This document shows positions 43,099-54,300 of a DNA stretch of 64,000 bases, piece after piece; position 1 is the stretch's first letter; every line of letters begins with the position of its first letter. The position numbers and the translations under genes were made by a program. The stretch covers positions 811-64,810 of the forward strand of contig CALJOA010000073.1 of NCBI GenBank assembly GCA_937981585.1, in the 5' to 3' direction. Under the pieces are notes generated by a model. That model made no database searches and was not told the DNA's origin. It worked only from the letters and a program-made list of their open reading frames with translations. Origin of the DNA: an uncultured Pirellulaceae bacterium (GTDB lineage: Bacteria > Planctomycetota > Planctomycetia > Pirellulales > Pirellulaceae).

Positions 43099-44630
43099 AA
43101 AAAGTCCTGATCGTTGAAGACAATCAGCAACTTGCATCGCACTGGATTGCGTTGCTTGAGCGTGAAGGTTTGCAAGTCATTCACGAGGTTTCGACACCAG
43201 CAGCGTTAGATTATTTGAAATCGAACGAGGTTGATCTGGTTATCTCTGACATGGTCATACCCGATGCGTCAGGTGTACCATCTCCGCACGGCGGATTGCT
43301 TATCCTGGCATTCATCGCGCTCAACGTTGACAACCCACCTAAGGTCCTGGCCGTCAGTGGCCTCGACACCGAGTCAACTTTTTTCGCTACTTTCAAATTG
43401 CTCGACCCCGGAAAGGCATTGCTCAAGCCAGTTGCTGACGAAACGTTGCTCGAACGAACACGCACATTGCTCGCCGAACGTGAGCAAGAACTTGCTCAGC
43501 TCGCAGCCGCAAAATTGTTCCAACGTGAACTTTTGCAGAATAAGTTTGCGACCGACCATGCTTCGCACGGAGTGTTTTGGGTCGGCAAGGACGCGTCGAT
43601 TCTTTATGCAAACCTGGAAGCACAAAGGTTGTTGGGGTATTCGATCGAAGAACTTTGCCAAATGTCGGTCTTTGATATTGATGCCGAAATTTCCGAGTCA
43701 GACTGGGAGCTTGTTTGGGCAAGGTTTAGCCAGCCGGGGCCTCATCAGTTAAAGACCATTCATCAGCGACGCAATGATTCAGCGTATCCCTGCGAAGTTA
43801 CGATCTCGCATTTAAGTTTCGAGTGCGAAGAGTTTTTGCTTGCTTCCTTCCAAGACATCACAGAACGTTTGGCTCAGCAAAAAAGACTTATCGAATATGC
43901 CGAGCAAAAAAGGCACTCCGAGGAGCTTGAATCAATCAATACCCAACTTACACTCAGCAATCAGGACCTTGGCCAGTTCGCTTATGTGGCTTCGCATGAC
44001 TTGCAGGAACCACTTCGAGCGATCAGCGGTTTTTTGCAACTCCTGAAAGAGCGCTACCCCAATCAATTGGATGAAAAAGCGATCGGGTATATCGATAAGT
44101 CAGTTGATGGAGCGGCCCGAATGAATCAGCTGATCAATGACCTTCTGCATTATTCACAGGTCACCCGAGACGAATCAGGTTTTGTTCGTGTTGAACTGGG
44201 GAAGTGTGTTGAGCTGGCCTGTGAAAAACTTGATCAGTTAATTCTCGATTCCGACGCCGAAATTGAAATTGCAGAACTGCCTTCGATAGGTGGGATCGAG
44301 TCACTGTTAGTTCAAATGTTTCAGAATTTAATTGAGAACGCAATTAAGTATCGCAGCGATGGGTCGCTAAGGATAAAAGTGTTTTCGGGACAGGACTCCT
44401 CAGGATTTTTAGTTCACGTTCAAGACAACGGGATTGGCATCGCGCCAGAGTATCAAGAGCAAGTCTTTGCCTTGTTCAAGCGATTGCACCACCGGGAAGA
44501 ACATTCAGGGACCGGGATTGGGTTGACGATCTGCCAGCGGGTCGCTGAGCGACATGGCGGAACGATTTCAGTGAAATCTTCAGAGGGAAGCGGGAGTTGC
44601 TTCACGGTCCGGTTTCCCAAACCTTCTTAG
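43095..44630 (+). CDS. REC-PAS-histidine kinase (Cph1-type HisKA)
   Basis: N-terminal VLIVEDN..ISDM receiver, one PAS, FAYVASHDLQEPLR, DNGIGI, GTGIGL; 4-bp overlap with bphP. Confidence 0.92.
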   Translation: MKKVLIVEDNQQLASHWIALLEREGLQVIHEVSTPAALDYLKSNEVDLVISDMVIPDASGVPSPHGGLLILAFIALNVDNPPKVLAVSGLDTESTFFATFKLLDPGKALLKPVADETLLERTRTLLAEREQELAQLAAAKLFQRELLQNKFATDHASHGVFWVGKDASILYANLEAQRLLGYSIEELCQMSVFDIDAEISESDWELVWARFSQPGPHQLKTIHQRRNDSAYPCEVTISHLSFECEEFLLASFQDITERLAQQKRLIEYAEQKRHSEELESINTQLTLSNQDLGQFAYVASHDLQEPLRAISGFLQLLKERYPNQLDEKAIGYIDKSVDGAARMNQLINDLLHYSQVTRDESGFVRVELGKCVELACEKLDQLILDSDAEIEIAELPSIGGIESLLVQMFQNLIENAIKYRSDGSLRIKVFSGQDSSGFLVHVQDNGIGIAPEYQEQVFALFKRLHHREEHSGTGIGLTICQRVAERHGGTISVKSSEGSGSCFTVRFPKPS

Positions 44631-44845
44631 TTGTTTGCTAAGCTTGTCGGATTAGGTTGACAGCGACCCCGTCGAATTAACGTTTCGCGGCCAAAACCAT
44701 TTGGATCGCAAGAGAATTAGGTTGCTGCTACTTAATTTTCGTCGAAAAAACGTTAGAATTTTGGCTTCCAATGCATTAGCGAAGGATCTCTCTGCCATTG
44801 GCCTATGTCCTCCACGGACTCCCTTCCTTTCAAAAATGGCCGTCC

Positions 44846-45286
44846 ATGAGCAACGCTGAAAAGATAATCGACATTTTACTTGTCGAAGACAGTGAGACAG
44901 ACGCCGAGCTCACGCTTGAAGCGCTTCGGCAAGGCAAACTCCAAAACACTGTGCATCACGTCAAAGATGGCGTTGAGGCCCTGAAGTACTTGCGCCGTGA
45001 AGGCGAGTACTCTGAAATGCTTCGTCCAGATTTGATTCTGCTGGATCTGAACATGCCCAAGCTCGATGGCCGGGAAGTGTTGAGGCGAATCAGAGACGAC
45101 AAAGAGCTTAACGTGATCCCAATCGTTGTATTGACAACCTCTAACAGCGACAAAGACATCCTCGAATCATATGGGCTTTCAGCCAACAGCTACATCGTCA
45201 AACCGGTTGACCTCAAGAACTTTTTTGAGGTGATCAAGGAGATTAACAATTTTTGGGTTCGGGTAGTTGCGCTTCCCCCCAAGTAG
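44846..45286 (+). CDS. single-domain response regulator, Rcp1-like
   Basis: ILLVED...PDLILLDLNMPKLDG...LTTS...ANSYIVKP...FW pattern of phytochrome-partner receivers. Confidence 0.92.
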   Translation: MSNAEKIIDILLVEDSETDAELTLEALRQGKLQNTVHHVKDGVEALKYLRREGEYSEMLRPDLILLDLNMPKLDGREVLRRIRDDKELNVIPIVVLTTSNSDKDILESYGLSANSYIVKPVDLKNFFEVIKEINNFWVRVVALPPK

Positions 45287-45360
45287 CAACTCGCAAGAAT
45301 GCCGTTTCCATTTGTCCTTTCAAGTCATTGCACAAATAACCAGACGTTCCGGAGAGACGA

Positions 45361-48300
45361 TTGACTAAGCAGACCCCTTCTTTAGTTGTTGGAATTGGCG
45401 CCTCAGCTGGTGGACTAAAACCGATTGAAGAGTTCTTTGACAACATGCCCGTCGATAGTGGCATGTCTTTTGTTGTTGTGCAGCATTTGTCACCGGACTT
45501 TAAGAGTTTGATGGATGAGTTATTGGCTCGGCATACGAAAATGGCGATCCACAAAGTGAGTGACGGTGTCACGATTGAGCCTAACTCGATCTATCTGATT
45601 CCACCCAAGAAGAGCATGAAGATGTCTGAAGGTAGGCTTCTGCTGACCGACAAGGACGAAAGCACCGGGCTGAATCTGCCGATTGATATCTTCTTTCGTT
45701 CATTGGCTGAGGATGCTGGAGATCGAGCTGTGGCGATCATTCTCTCAGGCACTGGTAGCGATGGTTCGCGCGGCGTCAAAGACGTACATGAGCGTGGCGG
45801 TCTGGTGCTCGTCCAATCACTCGAAACAGTTGGGTTCGACGGAATGCCCAGGGCCGCGATCAGTTCAGGGGTCGTTGATCTAATCTGCAACCCAGATGAA
45901 ATGCCCGAACGGATCATTGAATACAGCAGTAGCTATGACCGAAAAGCACTACAGCAAACTGAGTTTCAAGACGATGCCAAGGAGGGTGGTGGAAAGTCGG
46001 GAGAGACCGCGGTCTTTCGCATTTTCCGGATGTATCGTCAGCAACACAACCTTGACTTTTCGCTGTATAAACCCGCAACCATCAATCGGCGGATCGAACG
46101 TCGAATGCAACTTTGTGCGATCAGTGACATCGATGAGTACGTCGACCGCTTGGAGAACGATGAAGAAGAAGCCGACGTGCTCTACCGGGACCTACTTGTC
46201 GAAGTAACGCACTTCTTCAGAGACCCCGAGGCATTTCAACGAATGCGCGAGACGGTCATTCCGGACATGATCAGCCGCAGCGACCCTGACATTGAGATTC
46301 GGGTTTGGGTTTGCGGCTGTGCGACGGGCGAAGAGGCTTACTCAGTGGCAATTCTTCTGGCAGAAGCAATTAAACGCGCTGGCCGAAAGCAGACTTTTAA
46401 AGTTTTCGCCACCGATGTTCACCGCAAGTCCCTTGAGATTGCCAGTGCAGGGTTCTATCCGCTGCATTCACTCGACAGTGTGCCGCATGATTTGCAGATC
46501 TACTTTGTCAAGAATAATGGCATTTGCACTGTCACCCGTGAGATTCGGCAGAGCGTTATTTTTGCTGCCAACGATTTGACCAGAGATCCACCCTTTACCC
46601 GGATTGACTTGATCACCTGTCGCAATGTTCTGATCTATCTCAAACCAAAAATTCAAAAACGTGTTCTTTCGATGTTTCACTTTGGTTTGCGGGTGAAAGG
46701 GATTTTGTTTCTTGGCCCAAGTGAAACAGTTGGCGAGTTGGCAACCGAGTTTGAGCGAGTCGATCGGCATTGGCGAATCTACAGTAAACTTCGCGATGTT
46801 CGATTGCCTGACTCTTCTCGGATGCCTCTGACGCCTGTTTTAGGCTCTGTTGTGCACGAGCCTGCCAACAATTTCGTTGCGCAAAACTACAATAATCGAA
46901 CTCAAGTTTGGTTGTCATCCGCTTACGAGGACCTGCTCGCCAAGCACGTTCCACCGAGTTTGCTCGTCGATGAATTTAACGAGTTGGTTCATTGCTTTGG
47001 TTCTGCGCGCAAGTTGCTAACGCCCCCCGAGGGAAAGCCTTGCAATGATGTTTTAAAAATGCTTGAAAAGGATTTGAGCGTTGCCGTTAGTTCGGCCCTT
47101 CATCGTGCCAAGCATGAAGGAATTCCCGTGACATACAAAGGGATTCGAGTTTCTATCTCGAATTCTGAACAGCGGTTGTATCGCGTAACAGTAGAGCCCT
47201 ACAAAAAAACAGACCGTTCGTTGTATTTGATTTCGCTTGAAGAGACCGAGAAGGTTCAAAAAACAGAACAGGTAATCGAGGATTTTGTCACGGGTGAAAG
47301 CGGCAACCAGCGGGTTGGTCAGCTTGAGCGCGAGTTGAGCTACACGCGGGAAACACTACAGGCGACAGTTGAAGAGTTGGAGTCAAGCAACGAAGAGCTT
47401 CAAGCGACCAACGAAGAGTTGATCGCTTCTAACGAAGAACTTCAGTCAACCAATGAAGAGCTTCACAGCGTCAATGAAGAGCTCTACACCGTCAACACAG
47501 AACACAAAGAAAAGATTGAAGAGTTGACCGTATTGAGTAGCGATATGGATAACTTGCTGCGCAACACAGAAATTGGCACGATCTTTCTGAATCGGGACTT
47601 TACGATTCGTATGTTCACGCCGTCAATCACCGCCGGCTTTAACGTTCTTGATCACGACATCGGTCGGCCGATCAGCCACATTGCCTACAAGCTGGACAAC
47701 TCGAATTTGCTGGCAGATGCAGCAAATGTTCTTGAAACCGGTGAACCAATGGAAATGGAAGTTCGAGGTAAAGACGGGCTTACTTACTTGCAACGGATTC
47801 AACCCTACCGAGTCGATAATCTCATTGAAGGCATCGTGCTTACTTTGACTGACATTTCAGCGATCAAAGAAGCAGAGATGGCGCGAACAACGATGCAGTC
47901 GCTTAGTGAAATCAGCCAGGAGCTTCCCGATTTCGCGTATGCGGTGTCTCACGACCTCCAGGCTCCATTGCGCCACATTAGTCAGTACACTCAGATTTTA
48001 GAGACCGCATTGGAGGCTGGAAAAGATACCGACATCGTAAAAGCGACGCGCGTAATTCGAAATAGCTCGTCGGCTTTGCGGTCGATGCTTGATGGACTGC
48101 TGGCCTATTCAAGAATCAACACACTTGGAAAGCCGCTTCAAAAGGTCAAAGTGTCTGTGCCGCTGCAAGGGGCAATTCGCGAGTTGCAATCGGCCATCGA
48201 TGCCATCGACGCAGAGATCGTCGTCGAAAAAGACTTGCCAGAAGTTTTGGGGGACACCGATCAGCTCAAGCTGCTTTTCTTTCATTTAATCGATAATGCT

Positions 48301-48648
48301 CTTAAATATCGTTCGGAGCGAGATCCTCGAATTGAGATCAGCTGCGACTTCGTTGATGGAATGGCTCAGTTTTCGGTTTCGGACAATGGCATCGGGATCG
48401 AGTCACATCATGCCGACAATGTTTTCACCATCTTCAATCGCAGTCAGATGGCGGACGACGTACCTGGTGCCGGTGTCGGTCTGGCAATTTGTCGCCGGAT
48501 CACATTGCGTCATCGAGGCCGAATTTGGCTTGAACGCACTGTGGCCAACGGCTCAACCTTTCGATTCACTCTTCTCCTTCCTGCCGCCCATGAGTCTCCT
48601 CGTCAATCGACGCAACCAACTCGTCAACTTTCGTCTCAGGATGTCTAA
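45361..48648 (+). CDS. CheB-CheR-PAS-histidine kinase fusion
   Basis: CheB triad [17 protein letters not shown]; Che[28 protein letters not shown]; NEEL heptads; SHDLQAPLR kinase; TTG start with GGAGAG RBS. Confidence 0.92.
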   Translation: MTKQTPSLVVGIGASAGGLKPIEEFFDNMPVDSGMSFVVVQHLSPDFKSLMDELLARHTKMAIHKVSDGVTIEPNSIYLIPPKKSMKMSEGRLLLTDKDESTGLNLPIDIFFRSLAEDAGDRAVAIILSGTGSDGSRGVKDVHERGGLVLVQSLETVGFDGMPRAAISSGVVDLICNPDEMPERIIEYSSSYDRKALQQTEFQDDAKEGGGKSGETAVFRIFRMYRQQHNLDFSLYKPATINRRIERRMQLCAISDIDEYVDRLENDEEEADVLYRDLLVEVTHFFRDPEAFQRMRETVIPDMISRSDPDIEIRVWVCGCATGEEAYSVAILLAEAIKRAGRKQTFKVFATDVHRKSLEIASAGFYPLHSLDSVPHDLQIYFVKNNGICTVTREIRQSVIFAANDLTRDPPFTRIDLITCRNVLIYLKPKIQKRVLSMFHFGLRVKGILFLGPSETVGELATEFERVDRHWRIYSKLRDVRLPDSSRMPLTPVLGSVVHEPANNFVAQNYNNRTQVWLSSAYEDLLAKHVPPSLLVDEFNELVHCFGSARKLLTPPEGKPCNDVLKMLEKDLSVAVSSALHRAKHEGIPVTYKGIRVSISNSEQRLYRVTVEPYKKTDRSLYLISLEETEKVQKTEQVIEDFVTGESGNQRVGQLERELSYTRETLQATVEELESSNEELQATNEELIASNEELQSTNEELHSVNEELYTVNTEHKEKIEELTVLSSDMDNLLRNTEIGTIFLNRDFTIRMFTPSITAGFNVLDHDIGRPISHIAYKLDNSNLLADAANVLETGEPMEMEVRGKDGLTYLQRIQPYRVDNLIEGIVLTLTDISAIKEAEMARTTMQSLSEISQELPDFAYAVSHDLQAPLRHISQYTQILETALEAGKDTDIVKATRVIRNSSSALRSMLDGLLAYSRINTLGKPLQKVKVSVPLQGAIRELQSAIDAIDAEIVVEKDLPEVLGDTDQLKLLFFHLIDNALKYRSERDPRIEISCDFVDGMAQFSVSDNGIGIESHHADNVFTIFNRSQMADDVPGAGVGLAICRRITLRHRGRIWLERTVANGSTFRFTLLLPAAHESPRQSTQPTRQLSSQDV

Positions 48649-48650
48649 CC

Positions 48651-51236
48651 ATGTCGATCACGCCCACATACGATAACAACCGATCCCGGCGGCTTTCGGG
48701 TCGAGCGTCCAAACAAGATGATTCGGCAATCCGGTTCGTGGTGGGAATCGGGGCATCGGCTGGTGGGCTGCAGTCTATTGAACGACTGCTAAAGTCAATG
48801 GAGCCAGTTCCAACAGATAGCGCGTTTATAATCGTGCAGCACATGTCGCCGGACGTTGAAAGCAGCATGGAAGAGATTTTGCAACGATTCACCGACATGG
48901 GCGTAGTTTCAGTAAAAGATGGAATGACACTTGAGCCGAACACGATTTTTCTGATTCCGCCGGCAAAAGAAATGCGACTTCAAGGCCAGTCGTTTACCTT
49001 GGCAGATTTGGATCGCGATCAAATCGCGCGACCAATCGACATCTTCTTTGAATCGCTCGCTGAAAATTATGGCAAGCAGGCGATCGGCATGGTCCTTTCA
49101 GGAACAGGCAGCGACGGCGCTGATGGCATTGAGACGATTCACCAACGCGGCGGGTACACGATTGTTGAATCGTTGGAGACCGCTCAATTCGACGGGATGC
49201 CGAGAAACGCAATTGGCAAAGACTGCATTGACAAAGTACTTTCTCCTGAGGAAATCGGACAGTGGCTTTCCGCCAAGTTCAGTGATTCAGAATTTGAAGT
49301 TGAACTATCGACCCCTCTCGATCGTGACGAGCTGTCGGGAATCAACTTGATCTTTTCGCTTTTGGCAGAAAAGCACGAGAACGATTTCTCCTGCTACAAG
49401 CCGGAAACCGTAGCTCGTCGAATCGAGCGGCGTCAGAAAATGAATCGCAGTAAATCTCTGCTTGAGTATGCCGAGCTGCTTCGTGGCAACGATGAAGAAT
49501 TGGAGTTGCTCTACCATGACCTTCTTATTGGAGTTACCAAGTTTTTTCGTGACACCGAAGCTTTTGAACGCTTGGCAAAACACTTAAACGAGCAGATCCA
49601 ATCACTTCCCGTCGGCGACGAGTTTCGCGTCTGGGTAGCTGGCTGTGCAACGGGCGAAGAGGCGTATTCAATCGCAATGCTTTGCCATGAAGCTTTTGAT
49701 TTTGCGAACAAGCCTGCCTCCTTTAAAATTTTTGCAACCGACATTCACGGTGGCAGTCTTGAACATGCGTCACGTGGAGTCTATTCGCCGGACTCCATGG
49801 AGTTTGTGGGGCTCGACCGCCAGCAGAAGTATTTTGATCAAGAGGACTCTCAGCGCTTTCAGGTTGGATCGGTTTTGAGGAAGCACTTGGTCTTTGCCAG
49901 ACACAATGTTGTTCAGGATCCCCCATTTACCAAAATGGATGTTGTGACTTGTCGCAACCTTCTGATCTATTTGCAAACTGATGCACAGGCTCAAGCGATT
50001 TCTTCATTCCATTTTGCACTTAGGCGCGGTGGGTTGATGATGATGGGAGCCAGCGAATCTCCTGGTCGACTGAGCGATGAATTTGAGGTCGTGGATGAGA
50101 AATGGAAGTTCTACAGCAAGCTCCGAAACCTTCCGGCCAGTAGTCGCGGAGAGAAACTCGACGTCATGAAAGCTTCGATGGCGCGGCCACGGCGGCTTAT
50201 CAATTTGCTCAATAACGATCGCCCGGAAACGCTCAGCTTTACTGGGCTTCTTGAAAGTTACGATCTCGTTTTGCAGGAGTTTGTGACGTCGGGAATTCTT
50301 CTCGATGATCAACGTAACGTGATGCATATTTTTGGTGACGCTTGCCGTTATTTGAGTAGCAAATCGGGAAGGTTTACTGGAAGTATTACTGGGTTCCTTC
50401 TCGGCGATGCGAAGGTTTCAATTGCCTCTGCGCTGATTCGTGCGGCGAAAGAACCAGGAAAGCAGGTCGTTCTTGAAGGGCTCAAATTGCCTGTCGGTGA
50501 CACAACCGAAGTCACCGATGTATACGTTAAATCTATCAAAGGCCAAGCGACATCGACCCATGTCTGGTTTGTTGTATTCGAACCGTCGCAAAATTCGAAA
50601 TCCAAAGAGCAAGCGGAAAAGGACGAGACTGACATCATCCGTGTCAACCTTTCCAATGACGCTTATGCTGCGATGGAGTCGGAGCTGATGTATACCAAAG
50701 AGAGCCTCAGCGCGACGATCGAGCAAGTAGAAAGAAGCAACGAAGAATTGCAGGCGGCAAATGAACAATTGGTCGCAGCCAATGAGGAACTGCAAAGCAC
50801 CAACGAAGAATTGCACAGTGTTAACGAAGAGCTCTATTCAGTTAATGCAGAAAACCAACGGAAGATTCTGGCGCTTGAAGAAATGACAGACGATGTCGAC
50901 AACCTGCTCGCCAGCACAGATATCGGAACCATCTTTCTTGATGAGAAATTGCAAATCCGACGATTCACCCGCGCTGCTGCCAATTACGTTAAACTTCTCC
51001 CGAGTGATATCGGGCGAGAAATTACTGACTTTGCCCTGCATATTGACTTGCCGGATTTTTTCGAAAAAATCAAAAGCGTCTTCGCCAACGCTGAGCCTTT
51101 TTCGGAACACGCCACCGCAAAAAATTTGAACCGGGTTATGGTTCGTGTTACGCCTTACTTCAGCCAAAAAAAGATGAAAGGAGCGATTGTGAACTTCATT
51201 GACATGGGCGACGTAAAACCGCCAGCGGACTCTTGA
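48651..51236 (+). CDS. CheB-CheR-PAS fusion without kinase
   Basis: GASAGG/VQHM/SGTGSDG; [23 protein letters not shown]; NEEL heptads; ends after the PAS domain. Confidence 0.92.
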   Translation: MSITPTYDNNRSRRLSGRASKQDDSAIRFVVGIGASAGGLQSIERLLKSMEPVPTDSAFIIVQHMSPDVESSMEEILQRFTDMGVVSVKDGMTLEPNTIFLIPPAKEMRLQGQSFTLADLDRDQIARPIDIFFESLAENYGKQAIGMVLSGTGSDGADGIETIHQRGGYTIVESLETAQFDGMPRNAIGKDCIDKVLSPEEIGQWLSAKFSDSEFEVELSTPLDRDELSGINLIFSLLAEKHENDFSCYKPETVARRIERRQKMNRSKSLLEYAELLRGNDEELELLYHDLLIGVTKFFRDTEAFERLAKHLNEQIQSLPVGDEFRVWVAGCATGEEAYSIAMLCHEAFDFANKPASFKIFATDIHGGSLEHASRGVYSPDSMEFVGLDRQQKYFDQEDSQRFQVGSVLRKHLVFARHNVVQDPPFTKMDVVTCRNLLIYLQTDAQAQAISSFHFALRRGGLMMMGASESPGRLSDEFEVVDEKWKFYSKLRNLPASSRGEKLDVMKASMARPRRLINLLNNDRPETLSFTGLLESYDLVLQEFVTSGILLDDQRNVMHIFGDACRYLSSKSGRFTGSITGFLLGDAKVSIASALIRAAKEPGKQVVLEGLKLPVGDTTEVTDVYVKSIKGQATSTHVWFVVFEPSQNSKSKEQAEKDETDIIRVNLSNDAYAAMESELMYTKESLSATIEQVERSNEELQAANEQLVAANEELQSTNEELHSVNEELYSVNAENQRKILALEEMTDDVDNLLASTDIGTIFLDEKLQIRRFTRAAANYVKLLPSDIGREITDFALHIDLPDFFEKIKSVFANAEPFSEHATAKNLNRVMVRVTPYFSQKKMKGAIVNFIDMGDVKPPADS

Positions 51237-51326
51237 GAGTTTCACTTCCTCCCCGACGAAAAAAAATCTCTCTAAAACGATGGTTCAGAACTCGATTTAG
51301 AGCCCTCCCCAAACTAATGGATTGAC

Positions 51327-54300
51327 ATGAACCTGCCCGATGGAAATGTAGGCGGAACCTCAGAAGTAGCCGACAAACATCAAACCGACCCCTCAAAGAA
51401 CAACGAGTCGGACATGATTGTTGTTGGCATCGGTTCATCGGCCGGTGGCGTTGAAGCACTGGAAGCGATGTTTTCAGTGATGCCAGACAAGTTGGGGATG
51501 GCCTTCATCGTCGTGCAACACTTGTCACCTGACTTTGAGAGTTTGATGCCTCAGATTCTTGCGCGCAAGACAGTGATGCCAGTGAGCGCCATTGAGAATC
51601 AACAGACTCTTGAGCCAAATCGTGTCTATGTGCTGCCCAGCGGAAAAGACTTGATCATTTCTGATCGTGTCCTTTATACCCGAGCCCAAGACGACAAACG
51701 TTCATTGAACAAGCCGATCGACCAGTTCTTTTTCTCTCTGGCCAATGACGTCGGGCAATCAGCAGTCGGTGTGGTGCTGTCGGGGACTGGAAATGATGGC
51801 TCACGCGGCATTCGGGAAATTCACGATGCGGGTGGCTTGGTTATTGTGCAAAGCGAAAAGTCCGCCAAGTTCAACGGCATGCCGCGTTCTGCAATTAACA
51901 CAGGGATTGTGGATTCGATTGCCACCATTGATGACATCCCAAATTCATTGATTCGATTTAGTGAACTCGGAAGCAGTGATTCAAAAGGATCAAGGCTTGA
52001 TCAATTTGCCGACTCAATGGAAACAGAGAGTCGAATTCTCCACTTGCTCCACGTTCATTTTGGCATCGACTTTGAACAGTATAAGAACGATATGTTCGGC
52101 AGGAGAGTTGAGCGGCGAATTTGCCTGACTAAGGAGTCGTCAACAGAAAACTACCTGATGCGGCTGGAGAATGACCCGCAAGAATTAAAACAGCTTTACT
52201 CAGACCTATTGATCGGCGTGACAGAGTTCTTTCGGGACCGAGAGGCTTTTGACGAACTGCAGATGCGAGTCTTGCCGGCGCTACTTGATGCCGCCGCTCC
52301 AACTGGCGAGTTTCGCGTTTGGGTAGCGCCATGTGCCTCCGGCGAGGAGGCGTACTCATTGGCGATCATTATTGATGAGCTCTTGAAGAAACGAGACTAT
52401 GAGCTCGACGTGAAAATTTTCGCTACCGATGTCAACTCAGATTGTATTGAGTTTGCCGGGCGAGGCGTCTATCCCGAAGAGTGCCTTGGCAATGTCAGTC
52501 CGCAAAGGATCGAGAACTATTTTGAACACGGCGACGAAGGCTTTCTTGTATCCCGAGAGCTCAGGAAGCAAATTGTTTTCGCAACGCATAACGTTCTACA
52601 GGACGCGCCATTTACGAAACTTAACTTGGTCTCATGTCGGAACTTGCTGATCTACCTTAAGGCCGATGCAAAAAGGAAGATCCTCTCCTTATTCAACTTT
52701 AGCCTCATCAAGAACGGAATCTTGTTTCTCGGACCAAGTGAATCACTCGCGGAGTTGGCGCACGAATTTCGCACCGTCAATGACCGTTGGAGAATTTTTC
52801 GAAAAGTTGCCAAAGTGCGGATTTCGGCGGTCAATTTGCCCAACAACCTTCCGCTACGCCCCAGCAAGTCGACGCCGGAAGATCGAATTGGCATGCCCCA
52901 TTCGGAGTTAATGAATGTCTACGACTCTCTTCTGGGTGAGTTCATGCCGCCAGGATTGTTGATCGATGAAAATCATCAGATCGTCCACATCTTTGGCGCG
53001 GCGACCAAATATTTGGAGTTTAAACCAGGTCGACCCACGAGCGATTTTCTTGAGCTGCTGCCACCGACGTTTCGCATTGCGGTTTCCAATGGCCTCAAGC
53101 GGGTGAAAGTGGATTCCAAGCCTGTGGTATATCCGGGCTTAAAGTTTGAACTTGGCGACGACAAAGTCACTTCGATCCGCATCTCCATCAAGTCGGCAGA
53201 GGCGGCATTGAGTCCAAAGTTCCTGGTGATCTTCGAGGACGAAAGCGACAGCTTGGCACATTCATTTGCAGACGTCATTCCGATCGACGGTGGAGCAGCA
53301 AGTGTTGAACGGATCCAGTTTCTCGAAGAACAACTGCAAAGCACTCGCGAGAGTCTGCATGACTCAATCCTTGATCTGAAGTCAGCCAACGAAGAGATGC
53401 AGTCGACAAACGAGGAGCTGATCGCATCCAATGAAGAGCTTCAGTCGACCAATGAAGAGCTGCACAGCGTCAACGAAGAACTGTACACAGTCAACTCAGA
53501 GCATCAGCGAAAAATTACCGAGTTGACTGAGATGACCGACGACATGGAAAATCTGCTTGACAGTATCCAGGTCGATACGATTTTCCTAGACCGAGAATTG
53601 AAGGTTCGAAAATTTACTCTGGGCATCGCGAAAACATTCCGTTTGATCCCTCAGGACTTGGGGCGCCACATTGATTCATTTAACCACGAGCTTCAGTGTA
53701 AGGACATTGTTGAGCTGGTTGAGAAAGTTCTCGAATCCGAATTGCTGTTTGAGGAAGAAGTTCAAGACAACGATCAAAATTGGTATTTGATGCGGTTATT
53801 GCCCTATAACTCGCGTGGGAAAGTCGACGGTGTGTTGCTTACATTGATCGACATCACCAAGATCAAGGAGACGGAGCAGAAACTCGCCGAGCTTTCAGAA
53901 ATCGTCCAGTCTTCTGATGACGCGATCTTCCGAATTTCGCTTGACGGTACCATCCGAACCTGGAATCACGGATCGGAGCGACTCTTTTCGCACACGGCCA
54001 AATATATGATCGGCAAAAACGTCAGTGTGCTGATGCTCTACGAAGAAGGGCAAAATGCCCTGACAAGTGCGCTCGCTACGATCGAGCGCGGTGAGCGGAT
54101 CGACCACATCAAGATGAAAGCCGTGCGCCGAAACGGCGAAGAGGTCGACGTGCAAATGTCCGTTTCGCCAATCCGAGGCGCCGACAATGAATTGGTAGCC
54201 GCCTCGATTGTTCTTCGGGATTTCACAAAAGAGAAACAAGCCGAAGACGCAAACCTCGAAGCCGTTCGTCGACGCGATCAATTTTTAGCGATGCTGTCTC

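Noticed and set aside
47371-47484. 21-bp periodic AACGAAGAG DNA repeats (also 50740 and 53388)
   Set aside because: They vary at synonymous positions and simply encode the protein heptads; treated as a protein feature.
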